Source of the DNA: Asterias rubens
Lineage: Eukaryota
Direction of reading: 5' to 3'
DNA: 64,000 bases
Assembly: GCF_902459465.1 (NCBI RefSeq)
Contig: NC_047071.1
Span: forward strand, 5,332,001-5,396,000
Position 1 is the stretch's first letter. Each line of letters begins with the position of its first letter. Shown piece after piece: positions 1-12,351 of this stretch. Below the pieces are notes generated by a model. The model saw only the letters and a list, made by a program, of their open reading frames with translations, did not search any database and was not told the origin of the DNA. The position numbers and the translations under genes were made by a program.

Positions 1-1290
1 GATGAATAAAAAAGTGCTGAGTTTGTCAAATACAAGACCAGCAAAGAGTTTTGCTTTTCAATATTAATAATTTCGTGTATTTTTAACAAAACTTGTTTAA
101 CCCATGAGCCGGGCATCGGCACTGTAATTACACATGATGCTCGTTTACTCTCTTCGCAAAAAGCCCTTTCAAAAAAAAAAAAACCTTACAACTTAGAGTA
201 AATTAGAACACTATTAACAAAACGCATTGTAGAGAACAAAATAAAGTGTGTTGAATGTAGTGTTGTTTATAAATTTCTGTAATATTTTAATTTCGTATCA
301 AATACACATTTCAGGACAGGTAAATACACCAACAAATTTTTTATAAAACTTATTTAATTCAAAGTACAGACAAAATTAGTTTAATATTATGATACTAAAT
401 TACACTGCATAAACTGGGTGTTAAAATTGATCCCATAATTTGGTATATTAATATAAAATACGGAAAGGAATAAAAGTTTACAATATAGGGTGTTAAAATA
501 ACACCAACTCAGTAACATTGGTGTTATTTTGACATCATGATATTAACGTTGATTCTCCTTTTGGTATCTATATGCCCCATCACCCATAGTGTCAAGTTAA
601 CACCACATTTTAGAACCTTCATTATGAAACTTACTGTAAACATAAATCTACATGGACCAATGTGAATGTTGTTTACATATAGTAACATTTTGGTATAGGC
701 CTACACAATTTTAGAGTGATTTTCAATCGGTTAGACCGGATAATTTAGGGGTAATAATTACATATACCACAGCATCAAATTTAAAGACCCGAAATTGTTT
801 GGCAGCTACAAAATTTCCCCCGTGTAGTTGATACAGGAAACCAACATTGGAGAGAATTAGCTCATTAACTGCTAATCCATCACAATGGAAAAAAAAACTC
901 AAATAGTCTCAAAATCCAATGCTTTTAAGAGATAACGATGTTTGCTTCCTGTTTTATTTTGTTATGAGAAATCAATTGGTCAGCACTAGGGTACCACAGT
1001 ACCATACATTTTATTTTGTGGGTATGCCATTGAAGATCGGCAAAGGAGGAATCCACCTTCATGCCAACACTAAACCCAATATTTCTGGAAGCGCAAAAAG
1101 TAACCATTCCAGACTTACCTCCGAATCCACCATGGTGTTTTTAGACCCCAATTGACGCTGCCACCCCTTAAAATCAAATATCCGTAGAAAATTACAACAG
1201 GTATGTGGAAGCCAACTATGCGCACACCATCACACAACAATAATATGCGCACACCATCACACAACAATACAATGCAACCATAGAGTTATT

Positions 1291-1494
1291 AGGGACTTTT
1301 CGTTTTCGACGACGGATGGTTCTGCGACGGTTGTTCAGCTAAACGTTGTCGTTTTCAGCACAACGAAGATTCATCCCAAGTACTGTCGTAGCAATTGAGG
1401 GACGACCGTCCTCAAAGCCGACGCATGCGCAGATGAGGCCAAATGTCATCTTTACCGTCGCAGAACCATCCGTCGTCGAAAACGAAAAGTCCCT
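1291..1494. mobile_element. MITE with ~41-bp terminal inverted repeats
   Basis: AGGGACTTTTCGTTTTCGACGACGGATGGTTCTGCGACGGT at the left is the perfect reverse complement of the right end, in AT-rich flanks. Confidence 0.8.
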
Positions 1495-1860
1495 ATTATT
1501 AGATGACTACAACGGGGTGTATACAAAAACCTAGGTGATTGATATGATTCGTAGATTGTAATAGCTGCTACAGAATGCCGAGGCCTTGGTCTTTCCGACC
1601 ACACACGCAGTTTGAGTGATGCGCGATAGCTTTTAATTGCTATTCTGTTGAAATTATTTCAACAACAAAACATCAGATTTTCAAGGCTGAATAGAGATTA
1701 TTTATACGGTGTGTTTGAAGAAGAAAAAAATACTTCAAGTTCATGGAACGATTTGAAAACAAAGTGGGTGACAATTGTTGGTTTATGGGGAGGAATAATT
1801 TTTAGAAAAAGAGAACAACTTAAACCAAAATCTTTACAAAATAGGGAGACCGTCAACATA

Positions 1861-1945
1861 GGGTTCGATAGCTCAGTTGGTAAAGAACTGGCACGCTAAT
1901 CTGGAGGTTGTTGGTTCGAGTCCCACTCTCTAGTAAATTTTCAGC
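1861..1945 (+). mobile_element. tRNA-derived SINE head
   Basis: A-box TAGCTCAGTTGGTA and B-box GGTTCGAGTCCC. Related 5'-truncated copy at 4020-4080 shares the post-B-box CTAGTAAATTT/CCAGTAAATTT. Confidence 0.65.
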
Positions 1946-2179
1946 TTTGAGTGCACACAATTTTGAAAGGTTTACATTTGATTCAGGGTGTTTGTTTACC
2001 ATTTACTTGTATTTTTTCCATTTGCAAGACAAAATATTAGAAATAACTGCCACTTGGTGGTTTTAAAAATCAAACTTTCTGCACTATGGAAGTGTTTGTT
2101 GACTAACACATTTCACTTGGTGATTATAGCATGTAACAACTTTACAATTTAAAGGTAAGACTTTATATTTACAAGTCCT

Positions 2180-3045
2180 AAGTTAAAGAAACCTTTTTCC
2201 CACAAATTACATACAGAAGTTATTTATAATAACAAAAGCTTTTCAAACTTAAAAGTGAATTTGTCCAAACAAAAACATTCTAAAGAACGAAACAGGCCAA
2301 ATTTATGGAAGAAAGTTTGAGGAAAAAATACCCCCCCCCCAAAAAAAAGGGGTTGAACAAAGAAGATTGACTAAAAAAATTAACACAAACAAGAAGTCGC
2401 CATGTCTCCTCATAAACTTTAAGTTACTTCGTTGGACTTCGTATAGCAGTTCTTGGAATACATAATTAAACAACAAGTGTAAACAATTATTTTTGTTTGA
2501 AACATAATGTATACATACAGTGGGTGGGAAACATTACAAATATAATACAAAATAATATTGTCCGTGTACTTTTAAAACATAGGTGTAAAAAAATAGATAT
2601 ATTATGAAATATAATAAGTTAAAGAAACCTTTTTCCCACAAATTACATACAGAAGTTATTTATAATAACAAAAGCTTTTTAAACTTAAAAGTGAATTTGT
2701 CCAAACAAAAACATTCTAAAGAACGAAACAGGCCAAATTTATGGAAGAAAGTTTGAGAAAAAATACCCCCCCCCCAAAAAAAAGGGGTTGAACAAAGAAG
2801 ATTAACTAAAAAAATTAACACAAACAAGAAGTCGCCATGTCTCCTCATAAACTTTAAGTTACTTCGTTGGACTTCGTATAGCAGTTCTTGGAATACATAA
2901 TTAAACAACAAGTGTAAACAATTATTTTTGTTTGAAACATAATGTATACATACAGTGGGTGGGAAACATTACAAATATAATACAAAATAATATTGTCCGG
3001 CGTACTTTTAAAACATAGGTGTAAAAAATTAGATATATAATGAAA
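2180..3045. repeat. Direct tandem duplication, ~436-bp unit x2
   Basis: AAGTTAAAGAAACCTTTTTCCCAC starts at 2180 and 2616, and the two units are near-identical. Confidence 0.9.
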
Positions 3046-3063
3046 GGAATAAAAAAACGTAGC

Positions 3064-3205
3064 GGGAGACTTTTGGGACGCTTGGTGGCAGCAGACTTAC
3101 CGGGTAAAATCCATTGTTTTCGGTAATGTGCGCATGCACAGAACTACGTTAACACTGGAAGATTACCTGGTAAGTCTGCTGCCACCTAGCGTTCCAAAGG
3201 CTCCC
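3064..3205. mobile_element. MITE-like inverted repeat
   Basis: GGGAGACTTTTGGGACGCTTGGTGGCAGCAGACTTACC pairs imperfectly with GGTAAGTCTGCTGCCACCTAGCGTTCCAAAGGCTCCC. Confidence 0.7.
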
Positions 3206-3571
3206 AATGATTGGCACATGAACGCACTCAGTGCAAAGATAAACAATCCACTGTGGCTACGGCTGCAATTGTAGTATTAGGATTAAGGCAGTGAGCTTGC
3301 CACAGCCCCAGCCAGACTATTCCACTCATTGACTCTTCAGACATGGCATCGTCTTGGTCATGTACCCCGTTCCAATTACAGTAATGATTGCTAACTTTCA
3401 TTACGCAAACATGGGACCAGACTATTAATTCGCCAAGCCTCAGTTTGGTTACAATGAGTTGGAATGGAGTAAAATCAAGATGGCCACACCGTGATGAAGG
3501 TCTATTAGTCTCAATCCTTCCAGTTCAAGTTGCCCACAGAAAAAGGCCATGTCTATATCTCTATAAAATGT

Positions 3572-3909
3572 CTATATTTTAGAGCGTGGACATTGCGGTA
3601 GCACCAGACCCTTAATAATGACATTCATCTCAAGTAAGATTGCAGGAACCACAAAGACAATATACAAAACAATAAACACAACACCATTCGCCTTGTTCAG
3701 CCTGAAAGAGCTGACTTTGATAAGTAGGAGTGCAGCAATCACAGTGATGAGCAGCATGCCGACGATCACCGTCAGGCCGTCGCTGTAGGTCTGTACAGGG
3801 CTGCCGCGGTGCACAAAGGTGGAGTGAAAGAACCACGGGAGCCCGAGACCCAGCAAGATATCAAAGATATTGCTGCCGATGGAGTGTGAGATTGCCATGT
3901 CACCGTAGC
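3572..3909 (-). CDS. SLC24A: NCKX last exon ([19 protein letters not shown]…PQCPRSKI*)
   Basis: Acceptor CCATAG. GDMA..GSNIFD motif. Stop at 3572. Confidence 0.93.
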
Positions 3910-4758
3910 CTATGGGAAGAAGTTCGAGAAAACTTGATACTCTTTAAAACTACAAAGAGACGTACATAAATGTATGCCGGAAATCGTGTCCCTTTTTTTT
4001 AATTTTTTTTTTTTTATATAGAACCGGTACGTTAATCCGGAGGTCGTTGGTTCAAGTCCCGCTCCAGTAAATTTGACTTTGTTCAAACCAAAACTATTTA
4101 AAATTTACCCATCCAGTTTCCCTTGTGGTTTATTTCTTGATATTGAAGGTGATCCCATGGGTGCCCCATCCTTGGTTGTATCGCTAACTTGGGTGGGTCC
4201 CTGTCTACACTACAGCTAATGGTTAATTGGTGAAATCTTTCTCTGTTCAAACCCAAACCCAACTGAATAAAACCTACCGTTTCTTGCTGCAATGACACTG
4301 AGAATAGTATCGGGCGTACTAGAGCCGGCTGCTAGTAGAGTAAGCCCCATCACTGCATCGGGCAATGAAAGCACATAACCTGGGAGATAATGTACACTAT
4401 TATTAGTCTGGAGAGCTTTGTCAATGTTGTGAACGTAGATGGCGGTGAGTTATTTAAAACAGGAGATGATATTTTGGATTTAGAAGAGAAGGGGGTCATT
4501 GTGCCTCATTATCGGTGCCCTATGGAGACCATGGATACAACAAAAGAAAGTGAAAAACAAAACAGCTCCATAGAGGAATACTATACAGATTTAGGAGATC
4601 CACAAGGCAATTTGTGTATCAAAGTCTATTTAAGGGAAACTGTTTAGTGCAGGAAAAAAGGAAAAAACGCTTTTAAAGAATGTTCCACAAGGATGTTTTT
4701 TTTTTTTTTTTTTAATAATGTGTGCGTTCTTGCATTAGAAGGCAAGTGAATGTGAGCA

Positions 4759-4798
<40 letters not shown>

Positions 4799-7700
4799 AT
4801 TGTTGTAGTAGAACTCACCAAGTATCGTCACCATCCACACTAACACATAAGTCACTAGACCGATCCAGACCAGGGCCAACACGAAGGTCAAAGGGTACCA
4901 TCTCTGCCATCGTTTCAGAGAACAATTGGGTATTGTTAAATAGAACATAAGGGAGGCAGGGAAGCTCATCACCCAGATGAATCGTTGCGGGCCTCCGGAC
5001 GGCAGGATGAAAGGCGACAGGGTGTTCTTTTCTTCTTCTCCTATGAAAGAAAGGGGAAAACACACATGTTAAATAAATTAGACCCGGAGTTGCCCAAGGA
5101 AGTATACAAGTTTAAAAACTGTCATTAAAAGATGTGTCTTCAACAAGCCCCCGTGTCAATGTTCTTTGTAACTTTTTTAAATGATTGTTAGCATAAAAAC
5201 TTACTTGATAACGAGCAATGGAAAGCTGTTGATAGTATAACACATTGTGAGAAACGGCTCCCTCTGGAGTTATACGTATTTTGATAAAAGAGGTTTGTTC
5301 TCACTCAAATAAAAGACTTCGGGCCTGAAACCTTTTTTAGGCATCATAAAGCACACAATGGTGTTTTTCATTATTCTCTCCCAACTTCGATGACCAATTG
5401 AGTCCAAATTGTTCACAGATTTGTGACTTTATGCATATGTTGGTGTGGGATACACAAAGTGAGAATATTGGTGTTTGACAACTATCAAAGTTGTCCAGTG
5501 CCTTTATAATCAAGACAATGTTTATAGTAATGATGTAAAAACAAGTAAGATTTGAAACTTTGCATGGTGGAAAAACGAAGGTTTGCGGTAACACCATGTA
5601 GTGATAATCTCTATTGAGTTGAGGTGGTTCTGAAAAAACCCGTATGTTTCAACTCGACGTTTCGATCAGTATGCCCTGATCGTCTTCTGGATAAAACAAA
5701 ACAGAGAAAGGGTTAAACGCCCTCATATTTGCTGCCTTAACAAAAGGGAAAGTAAACAACAATGGTCTGCATAGGGAAGTGCTAAAGGGAGTGCTTGCTA
5801 CACAAGGAACTTTGTGCACAAAGTCTTTGAGGGATGGTAACTACATGGACAAAGGAAAGAACAATATATGTCTCCTTATGTGGATGCAGAAACGGGAATG
5901 TTAGTTTCCCGGTTTGTCATCTACCTTCGCTTTCTGATGTGTTACCTTCCTGCCCGTCTGTCTCTTGGGAAGAGTTGATGTTCTCATAAGACGAGCCTAC
6001 TGCCGTCTCCTCGGTAGGTTTCTCGGTGGGTTTTTCTTTCACGATGTGTTGCTGCTCCTCTTCGTCTTCGTGTCTCGTAACACAAGCTGAAAATCTTTCG
6101 ACTTGTCGCTTGATCACTGGGTCGAAGTACAAGAAGACGAGGTAGGCTGCGTACACTAGGAGAAAAACCATGGACTCGTACCTATAGAGTGGGTAAAGGA
6201 CATTATTTTATATATAATCTAATCTTTGCGTTAGCGTATTAAAGGGGTTCAACTCGTAAAATACGGACATTTGCGCAAATAGTCACGACGTTAACAAGTA
6301 TTCACCCCTCTTATATTTCGTTAACAAAAATCACAGTTTGTACCCCAGGGATAAATAGCTCCTTTACTTACCAGTGGACTTCATTGTCTAGTATAACCAA
6401 TGCAAGGCAAAAAATGCATACACAGTACCACATGGAGTCACGAGCAAGCGGCCATTTTGTCAGGTAGACGGTCTGAAAGTAAAAAAAAAAAAAAAAAAAA
6501 ATGGACGAACAGACATCATCAATTCGATTATCAAATAAAGCTGTGTTTACTAAGTGTAACACACCTTTATAAAGTCAGATTGTTCGCTTTTTTGATGATT
6601 GTGTATCGCTGATTAAATATCATCCTACTAACATAATATCTGACATGCATACCATAATATCGTGGAGGTTGATGTCGAGACTTAGGCCGTGTCCGAAACG
6701 ACGACTTCGGCTACAGCTACGTCTAGATCAGCGCGTCTACCAGTGTTGAAGAATAGGCAGACGCGCGCGATCTAGCCGTAGCTGTAGCCGAAGTCGCCGT
6801 TTCGGACACGGCCTTACTACAACAGGACACTTCCACACACGTGTTTGACCAATACACTAGCGGATACCTATTATTGAATCATACACAACTAACTAATGAT
6901 CATGAGGGCCCAGCATGACAACAAAGAATAGACTAGTGAGGACTTGACTGTCCCGGTTGAAAAAATTTCCTCGGAGGGTAGGCCATACAACCACACGGTA
7001 TACATGTTTATAATTTGATATCTCCATTTTATAATTGGTGTTCGATTCGTGTCATGGTGTGTCCCCCTCTCCTGTTTTTCATCATTGTGTCCCACGAATC
7101 TCAGTAATTCTGCCAAGTGTTTCAAGTTCCTACATAACATGGACCTCTTTTTCTCATGAGGTTTCCTCTCCGTAGTAAGGCTTAAAAGCCGGGTAATATT
7201 TTTTTGTCAATGGTGATTGATATTATAAAGAAAGATACAAGCAAAATCACATGTGAAAGTTTCAGCTACATACAGTGTCGACTTGCTGAGAAACTTTGAA
7301 GCACGAAACTGTCGCGGTATGTTTGGAAGAAAAATTAGCGAGGCCGGTGACAGCGCCACCAACCGCATCTCTGGACACAGCATTCGATAATGGACACCAA
7401 TACTCAGAAATCTAAGAAACGATTCATGCCTAATTTTTATTTTTTATTCAAATGTGTCTGGGGTGAAACATATAAATCCAAACTAAATTACTTCGACAAT
7501 AATCCTTTCTCAGAATAGATTTGACTAACATCCACAGCTGCAGTGATTATAGCCTTATTTACAGTAATGACGTTTTGGAGTAGGCCCTAGGCCTATTTAA
7601 ATATATATGACGTTAAACCCATAGAGAAAGGACTTTGTGTGTACCTGCATCATACAGAATGAATCATACATTTTCCTTCACTTGAAATACTCGTTGTTTG

Positions 7701-10700
7701 GCATAGGCCTACCAGCACATGTTAAGTAAAGTGCACCTAGCCACCAAGTTCGTTCTAGGCGAGTTATTTCAATAGGGTTGGGCTACAATAATGTTTATAC
7801 TCGATGATGGCATTGCCACAATTAAGGTTTTCAGACATAAGGTTGTTTCGGACGCATACAAAAACCAACTTGTAATATCACATTGTTTTCGAAATACCGA
7901 CACATGCACAACGTGAATACAATTCAAATGAAGACAACAAGAAACCGTTATTTGAGACTGCACGATTGCACTTTGTTATACTGTAGGAAGAAAGGCACAC
8001 TCAAAACTTGGTCAGCTGTTTTTTGTTTACGGTAATTTAAATTTTCTGGTAATTATGATGTCATGTAAGTTGTCTCACATGACAGTATATCCTATAGATC
8101 AGGAAGTTCCCTGACAGGAAATGCACGGTCTATATTATAAGTATCATCAAACTAGTTTCCGGTTTATATTATTGCAATGAAACAGAAAATGACAATAGAA
8201 AGGCCACTATTTTGTTGTCGTAATCACGGCCCGCATTAAAATTCTCATCGAGCTAGTGTCCAGTTTTTCACACACACCTAAACAGAAAATACAAAAAGGG
8301 CTGGTCTTTGATCAATAAAGCAAGCCTGTAAAGCATCTTGTAATTTGACGTTCTTTCTTGGCGGTGTGATTTTCGGCACTGAGGGTTTTTCAAATGATCT
8401 CCGAGAAACTCAGTTATAATTTAACTGATGGCCATTTTCAAGATTAAGATATTGCAATAAGTAACGTTGGAGCCACCCACCTGTCCTGCTAGAAGGCCGC
8501 AAAGCCCCACCACACATAGGATGTTAAACACAGCTGAGCCGATCACTGTACCAACTCCAATGTTCCCTTTGGCGATGAACACCCCTATAACATGGTTTAT
8601 TGGAAAATGGTTTGATTGCTGTTATTACACCTTGCATGTCTGCCTGTCTGTCTATCTGTCTGTCTTAATGATCTTCCCATCAAAGGGAACTCGGCAAACT
8701 CCTAACAAGTAAAGGGGATATAAACACCAAGCTGGAAACAGCAAATATCTCATACAAACATTTGTTTAACGTCTAGGACTGACAATCACAAGGTTGTGGG
8801 TACGAATCATACCAAGCTAGTCACTCATTTAACAATGAATAAGATTTGTGTGCGAATCTATGGAAAAAATACAAACGCCTTATAAACATAATAAAATATT
8901 TTAACAGAAGTGTATAGTTATTTTAACATGATTCAACAACTAGGGCATTAACTGTGAAAACATAACTAAAAATATATTCACCAAAAATGGAAGTGAAAAG
9001 CTCTGGAGCCGATCCTCCAATGGCCATAAACGATGCACCAGCAACATCCTCCGATAGGTTAAGAGCTGAAGTTTAGTAAAATAGAAGAAGTAGAAAAATA
9101 AAAAATATAACAATTTCATTTAAGAGGCACTTTATTTGGTGCATGTCTTAAATACATCGGAGGACTTAGATACCATGCCCTCCATTGCCCTGGTCTTGGC
9201 CTCGCTGCCCCCTTCAAAGTGTCCCATAGACTTTAAGATTTTGTTATGGAAGATATTCCTGATTTGGTTCAGAGGCCACACAGCCCTTTGCAAAATGAAA
9301 ACGGCCTTGCCCGCTCACCAAATGACGACAGCCAAGGCATGTTGGTGACAACAATAATTATATTGGCATAATGATAACGATCTGCTTAATACTTCCTTTG
9401 AATCAAGGTATACGGACAACAAAATTGGGACAACAGACTCTGGAGACTGCCTATACATAAAGTCGTTAATAAAAACACACGAAAGAAAAAAAAAACCAAC
9501 CAACAATTTGTTTGAGTATTATTTGAAAAAAAAAAAAAACCTAGCAGGCCTGTTCTTAAAGGAAATCTGCACTCTGGTGACATTGTTTATAAAACAGTTG
9601 TTTAACCATTGTAATTCAGTGCAACACACCTTTAATTTTAAAGTAAACATCGAAACAGCCTGACAGTCTGTACATTGAACTGAATTCATCATGTACAGGA
9701 AAATCCACACAACTTCTCTTTATACCTCAAGGTCTCCTGTGACCTTATTGTTCTGTTACTAGGTCTTTTTAACCTCTGGGTGGACGTGGGTGCGGAACTC
9801 GCAGTTATTTTAGCGATGACCCAAATATTTTGTCAGGTACCCGGATAGGATTTCAAATTTGCAACATTAAATTTTCTGCAGTAAATATTAACAAGTGGAG
9901 CTTGCCTTTATAAAGCTTACGAATTGCCCTATCTTTCAAAGTGCCTTACTTTATTTAATATACTAACATTTTTGATTAAAAGAAATGAATTTTTAAATTT
10001 TTATTTTGATCTTTAATTTTTAGTCTGGTGCTCATTAGACTTTGGCTCATTGTACATTACCTGAACACAGTGTCTCTAGTGAAGGCATGAAGTAGCTATC
10101 ACACACCAACGCCAGGACACCAAACAAGTAGCAGACAACAGCAAAGTTGATGAGCAAACCGCCGTGACGCAACACGTCTAAGCTCATCACATTTGGCGGG
10201 AAGTTGTCGATGCTGGGCGGGGTGCAGTTGAAATCATATGACGGAGAGAGCGTGGCTGCTTTATGCGGGAACATAAAAATAATGTTAAAACAGGGTAGCT
10301 TGTTGCAAAGGAAAACAAATCTCGCTTGAAAATAGTTTTTTTTTTTCAATGTTCTTGTGTGTGTGCACAAACGAGGTATTTCTCGTATGCTATTAAATTT
10401 TGGTGTTCATTATTTGCATGCAGTGCAGTTGGTTCAAACCAACTTTTCCAGTTAAACAATTTACTTTAGTATAAAGCAAAATGTTAACGGAACATTATAG
10501 TACTCGGTAATGCTGCAAGCTATGCTTAATGTATATTTCGAAAATAGTTATAAATGAGACCAAACGCCGTTTGACAAATTACAATCATTGGGGGAGTTAG
10601 TTTAAAGGGAAGGTACACGTTTGGTAATATCTCAAAACAAATATTAACTTAAAAACTGACTTGGTAGTGAACATTGGAGAGCTGTTGATAGTATAAAACA

Positions 10701-12351
10701 TTGTGGGAAACGGCGCCCTCTGAAGTAGCATAAGTTTTGAAATGGAGGTAATTTCTCAATAAAATAATAAAAGACTTCTAGCTAGAAGTCTTTTATTCCT
10801 ATCTGAAAGCACACAAAATTCATCCAACAAGGATGTTTTTTTTTCTTCATAATTTTCTCTCAACTTCGATGATCGATTGAGCTCAAATTTTCACAGGGTT
10901 GTTATTTTACGCATATGTTGAGATGCACCTAGTGAGAACACTGGTCTTTGACAATTACCAATAGTGTACCTTCCCTTTAAGTCAGAGAATAAACAGACTC
11001 TAAAGTGTAGATTCGTGACTACAGTGTACTCGCCTTCGACAGGTACATTCTATCTAATCCACGAACAACAAAATGTCCTCATGACATTGAATTCTTGTGC
11101 ACTCAAGCACGGACACTAACATAGCCAGCTTTATGGTGTATGACCTTTTCACAATGAAACACCCTTGCATAATTATGGGTGCGTTCGTTTAGCTGGAAGT
11201 CTGGAATTCTTGTGCACTCGAGCACGGACACTAATATATCCAGCTTTTTAAAGTCACCATGTGACCCGAAAATGGCTTTTCATGGTGTATGACCTTTTCA
11301 CAATGAAACACCCTTGTATAATTATGGGTGCGTTCGTTTAGCTTCCCTGGGTCGACCCCAGTGTGTGGCGATTTTTTTTTCCAGGACAAACGTGGGTCCT
11401 TGATTTTTATTTTGCCACACACCGGGGTCGACGACCTAGGGAAGCTAAACGAACGCACACATTAATAGTTACAGGTGCCTGTTCCCTGCCACCACCCTCT
11501 CACCCAGTTTTACCCAAAAGGAATAATTTATATCGTCTTGAGTAAATTAGATTATAAAAGCCAAAATATATTACATATATTACGAATGAAGAAGTGGTTT
11601 ACCAGGATACGGAAATGTTTTAAAATACCTGTCCTGTATACATCCAGTCAACCTTTTTGACCTTAAATAAGGGAGATAAAGCGGCAGCCATGTTTGCTTC
11701 CACAGGACACCTTGGTCAATATTGTCATAGACCAGTAGTCTCACTCGGTGTACCCAAAAACACATGCATACAATCATAAATCAGTGAAAATGTGAACTCA
11801 ATATTGGTCGTCGAAGAAAGAAGGCACACTTGTTGCACAAATCTGTGCTTTTCGATACCTAAAAAAGCCTGAGTAATACAATAGTTGAGTAGGAAGTTAC
11901 CTTTTTCTGAAAAAAAAAAAAACTACGTTACTTCTTCAGAGTGGGGCCGTTTCTCACAATGTGTTATACTATCAGCAGCTCCCCATTGCTTTTTACAAAG
12001 AAGTTTTATGCTAACAGTTACTTTGAGTAATTTCCAAAAGTGTCCATGCCTTTAAGGACACACAAAATAGGACTTATATACAATAACATAACTCTTACCG
12101 ATTATTGGTCCAGTCGTTTGCAAGAGTCCAGTAGCGGCCTCACCGCCCACATCACGCCTCGAAACACGGCGCGTTCCCTGATCGTCTTTAGTCCCATCTG
12201 GTAGAACCGCACCAGTGTCCACGGACAATGTTATCAAAATAGCAGTCGCAGCCAGCAACAGTGCGAGACAACTTGCCGAGAAAGCCACCATGCCACATAC
12301 AGTTCTCCCCCGCCGTAGTCCACGGTACGGGGAGCCCCCGGTGGGAGTCAT
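3572..12351 (-). CDS. SLC24A: K+-dependent Na+/Ca2+ exchanger (NCKX/SLC24 family), 9 coding exons, 552 aa: join(12351-12099,10258-10061,9065-8982,8584-8481,6472-6372,6181-5925,5040-4819,4379-4278,3909-3572)
   Basis: All introns are GT..AG with matching phases (1,1,1,0,2,1,1,1), and the exons sum to 1659 nt = 552 aa + stop. Alpha-1 repeat [48 protein letters not shown] and alpha-2 repeat [47 protein letters not shown] are SLC24 signatures. Paralog number cannot be assigned without a phylogeny. Confidence 0.93.
4278..4379 (-). CDS. SLC24A: NCKX exon 8 ([33 protein letters not shown])
   Basis: 102 nt, read manually. Acceptor TCCCAG, donor CG|GTAGGT. Alpha-2 repeat. Confidence 0.92.
4759..4806. 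repeat. (TGT)n/(AAC)n microsatellite next to the exon 7 donor
   Basis: Direct reading. Confidence 0.9.
4819..5040 (-). CDS. SLC24A: NCKX exon 7 (…[18 protein letters not shown]…WMVTIL)
   Basis: Acceptor TCATAG, donor TG|GTGAGT. TIPxC and WMVTI motifs. Confidence 0.92.
5608..5692 (-). other. Degenerate copy of the hammerhead + histone-type stem-loop repeat
   Basis: Minus strand CAGAAGA-C-GATCAG-GGCATA-CTGATC-GAA-ACGT-C, then GGGTTTTTTCAGAACC (5641-5626) and AATAGAGA (5615-5608). Homologous to 23404-23498. Confidence 0.6.
5925..6181 (-). CDS. SLC24A: NCKX exon 6 ([15 protein letters not shown]… cytoplasmic loop)
   Basis: Acceptor CTATAG, donor AG|GTAGAT. Phase 2 in, phase 1 out. Confidence 0.88.
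6372..6472 (-). CDS. SLC24A: NCKX exon 5 ([16 protein letters not shown]…ILDNEVHW)
   Basis: Poly-T tract + TTTCAG acceptor, donor TG|GTAAGT. WPLxRD motif. Confidence 0.92.
6685..6813. mobile_element. PIF/Harbinger (Tourist-like) MITE
   Basis: TIRs GGCCGTGTCCGAAACG…CGTTTCGGACACGGCC with TTA on both sides (3-bp TWA target duplication). Confidence 0.75.
8481..8584 (-). CDS. SLC24A: NCKX exon 4 ([35 protein letters not shown])
   Basis: 104 nt, acceptor TTATAG, donor AG|[14 protein letters not shown] motif. Confidence 0.92.
8982..9065 (-). CDS. SLC24A: NCKX exon 3 ([27 protein letters not shown])
   Basis: 84 nt, read manually (below the ORF-track cutoff). Acceptor CTTCAG, donor TG|GTGAAT. First half of the alpha-1 repeat. 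Confidence 0.92.
10061..10258 (-). CDS. SLC24A: NCKX exon 2 (…[10 protein letters not shown]…[16 protein letters not shown])
   Basis: Typical NCKX CxxPxIxxFP and VCDxYF motifs. Acceptor could be 10258 or 10255 (NAGNAG). Donor AG|GTAATG. Confidence 0.88.
10606..10976. mobile_element. Kolobok-like MITE (TTAA TSD)
   Basis: TTAA|AGGGAAGGTACAC…GTGTACCTTCCCT|TTAA. RR..YY termini with TTAA duplication fit Kolobok rather than piggyBac. Body shared with many copies in the window. Confidence 0.75.
11326..11458. mobile_element. Small hairpin/MITE, preceded by a ~115-bp direct duplication (11090-11342)
   Basis: GTGCGTTCGTTTAGCTTCCCT..GGTCGACCCC…GGGGTCGAC..AGGGAAGCTAAACGAACGCAC. Confidence 0.65.
12099..12351 (-). 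CDS. SLC24A: NCKX coding exon 1 (MTPTGG...TTGPII; N-terminal hydrophobic segment)
   Basis: ATG at 12351 with an in-frame stop upstream (~12445). Donor CG|GTAAGA at 12099/12098. A probable acceptor TTTCAG at 12477-12476 implies an upstream non-coding exon. Confidence 0.75.

Noticed and set aside
1861-1932. Bona fide tRNA gene
   Set aside because: A and B boxes are present but no convincing acceptor stem; a second partial copy shares downstream body sequence, as expected for a SINE.
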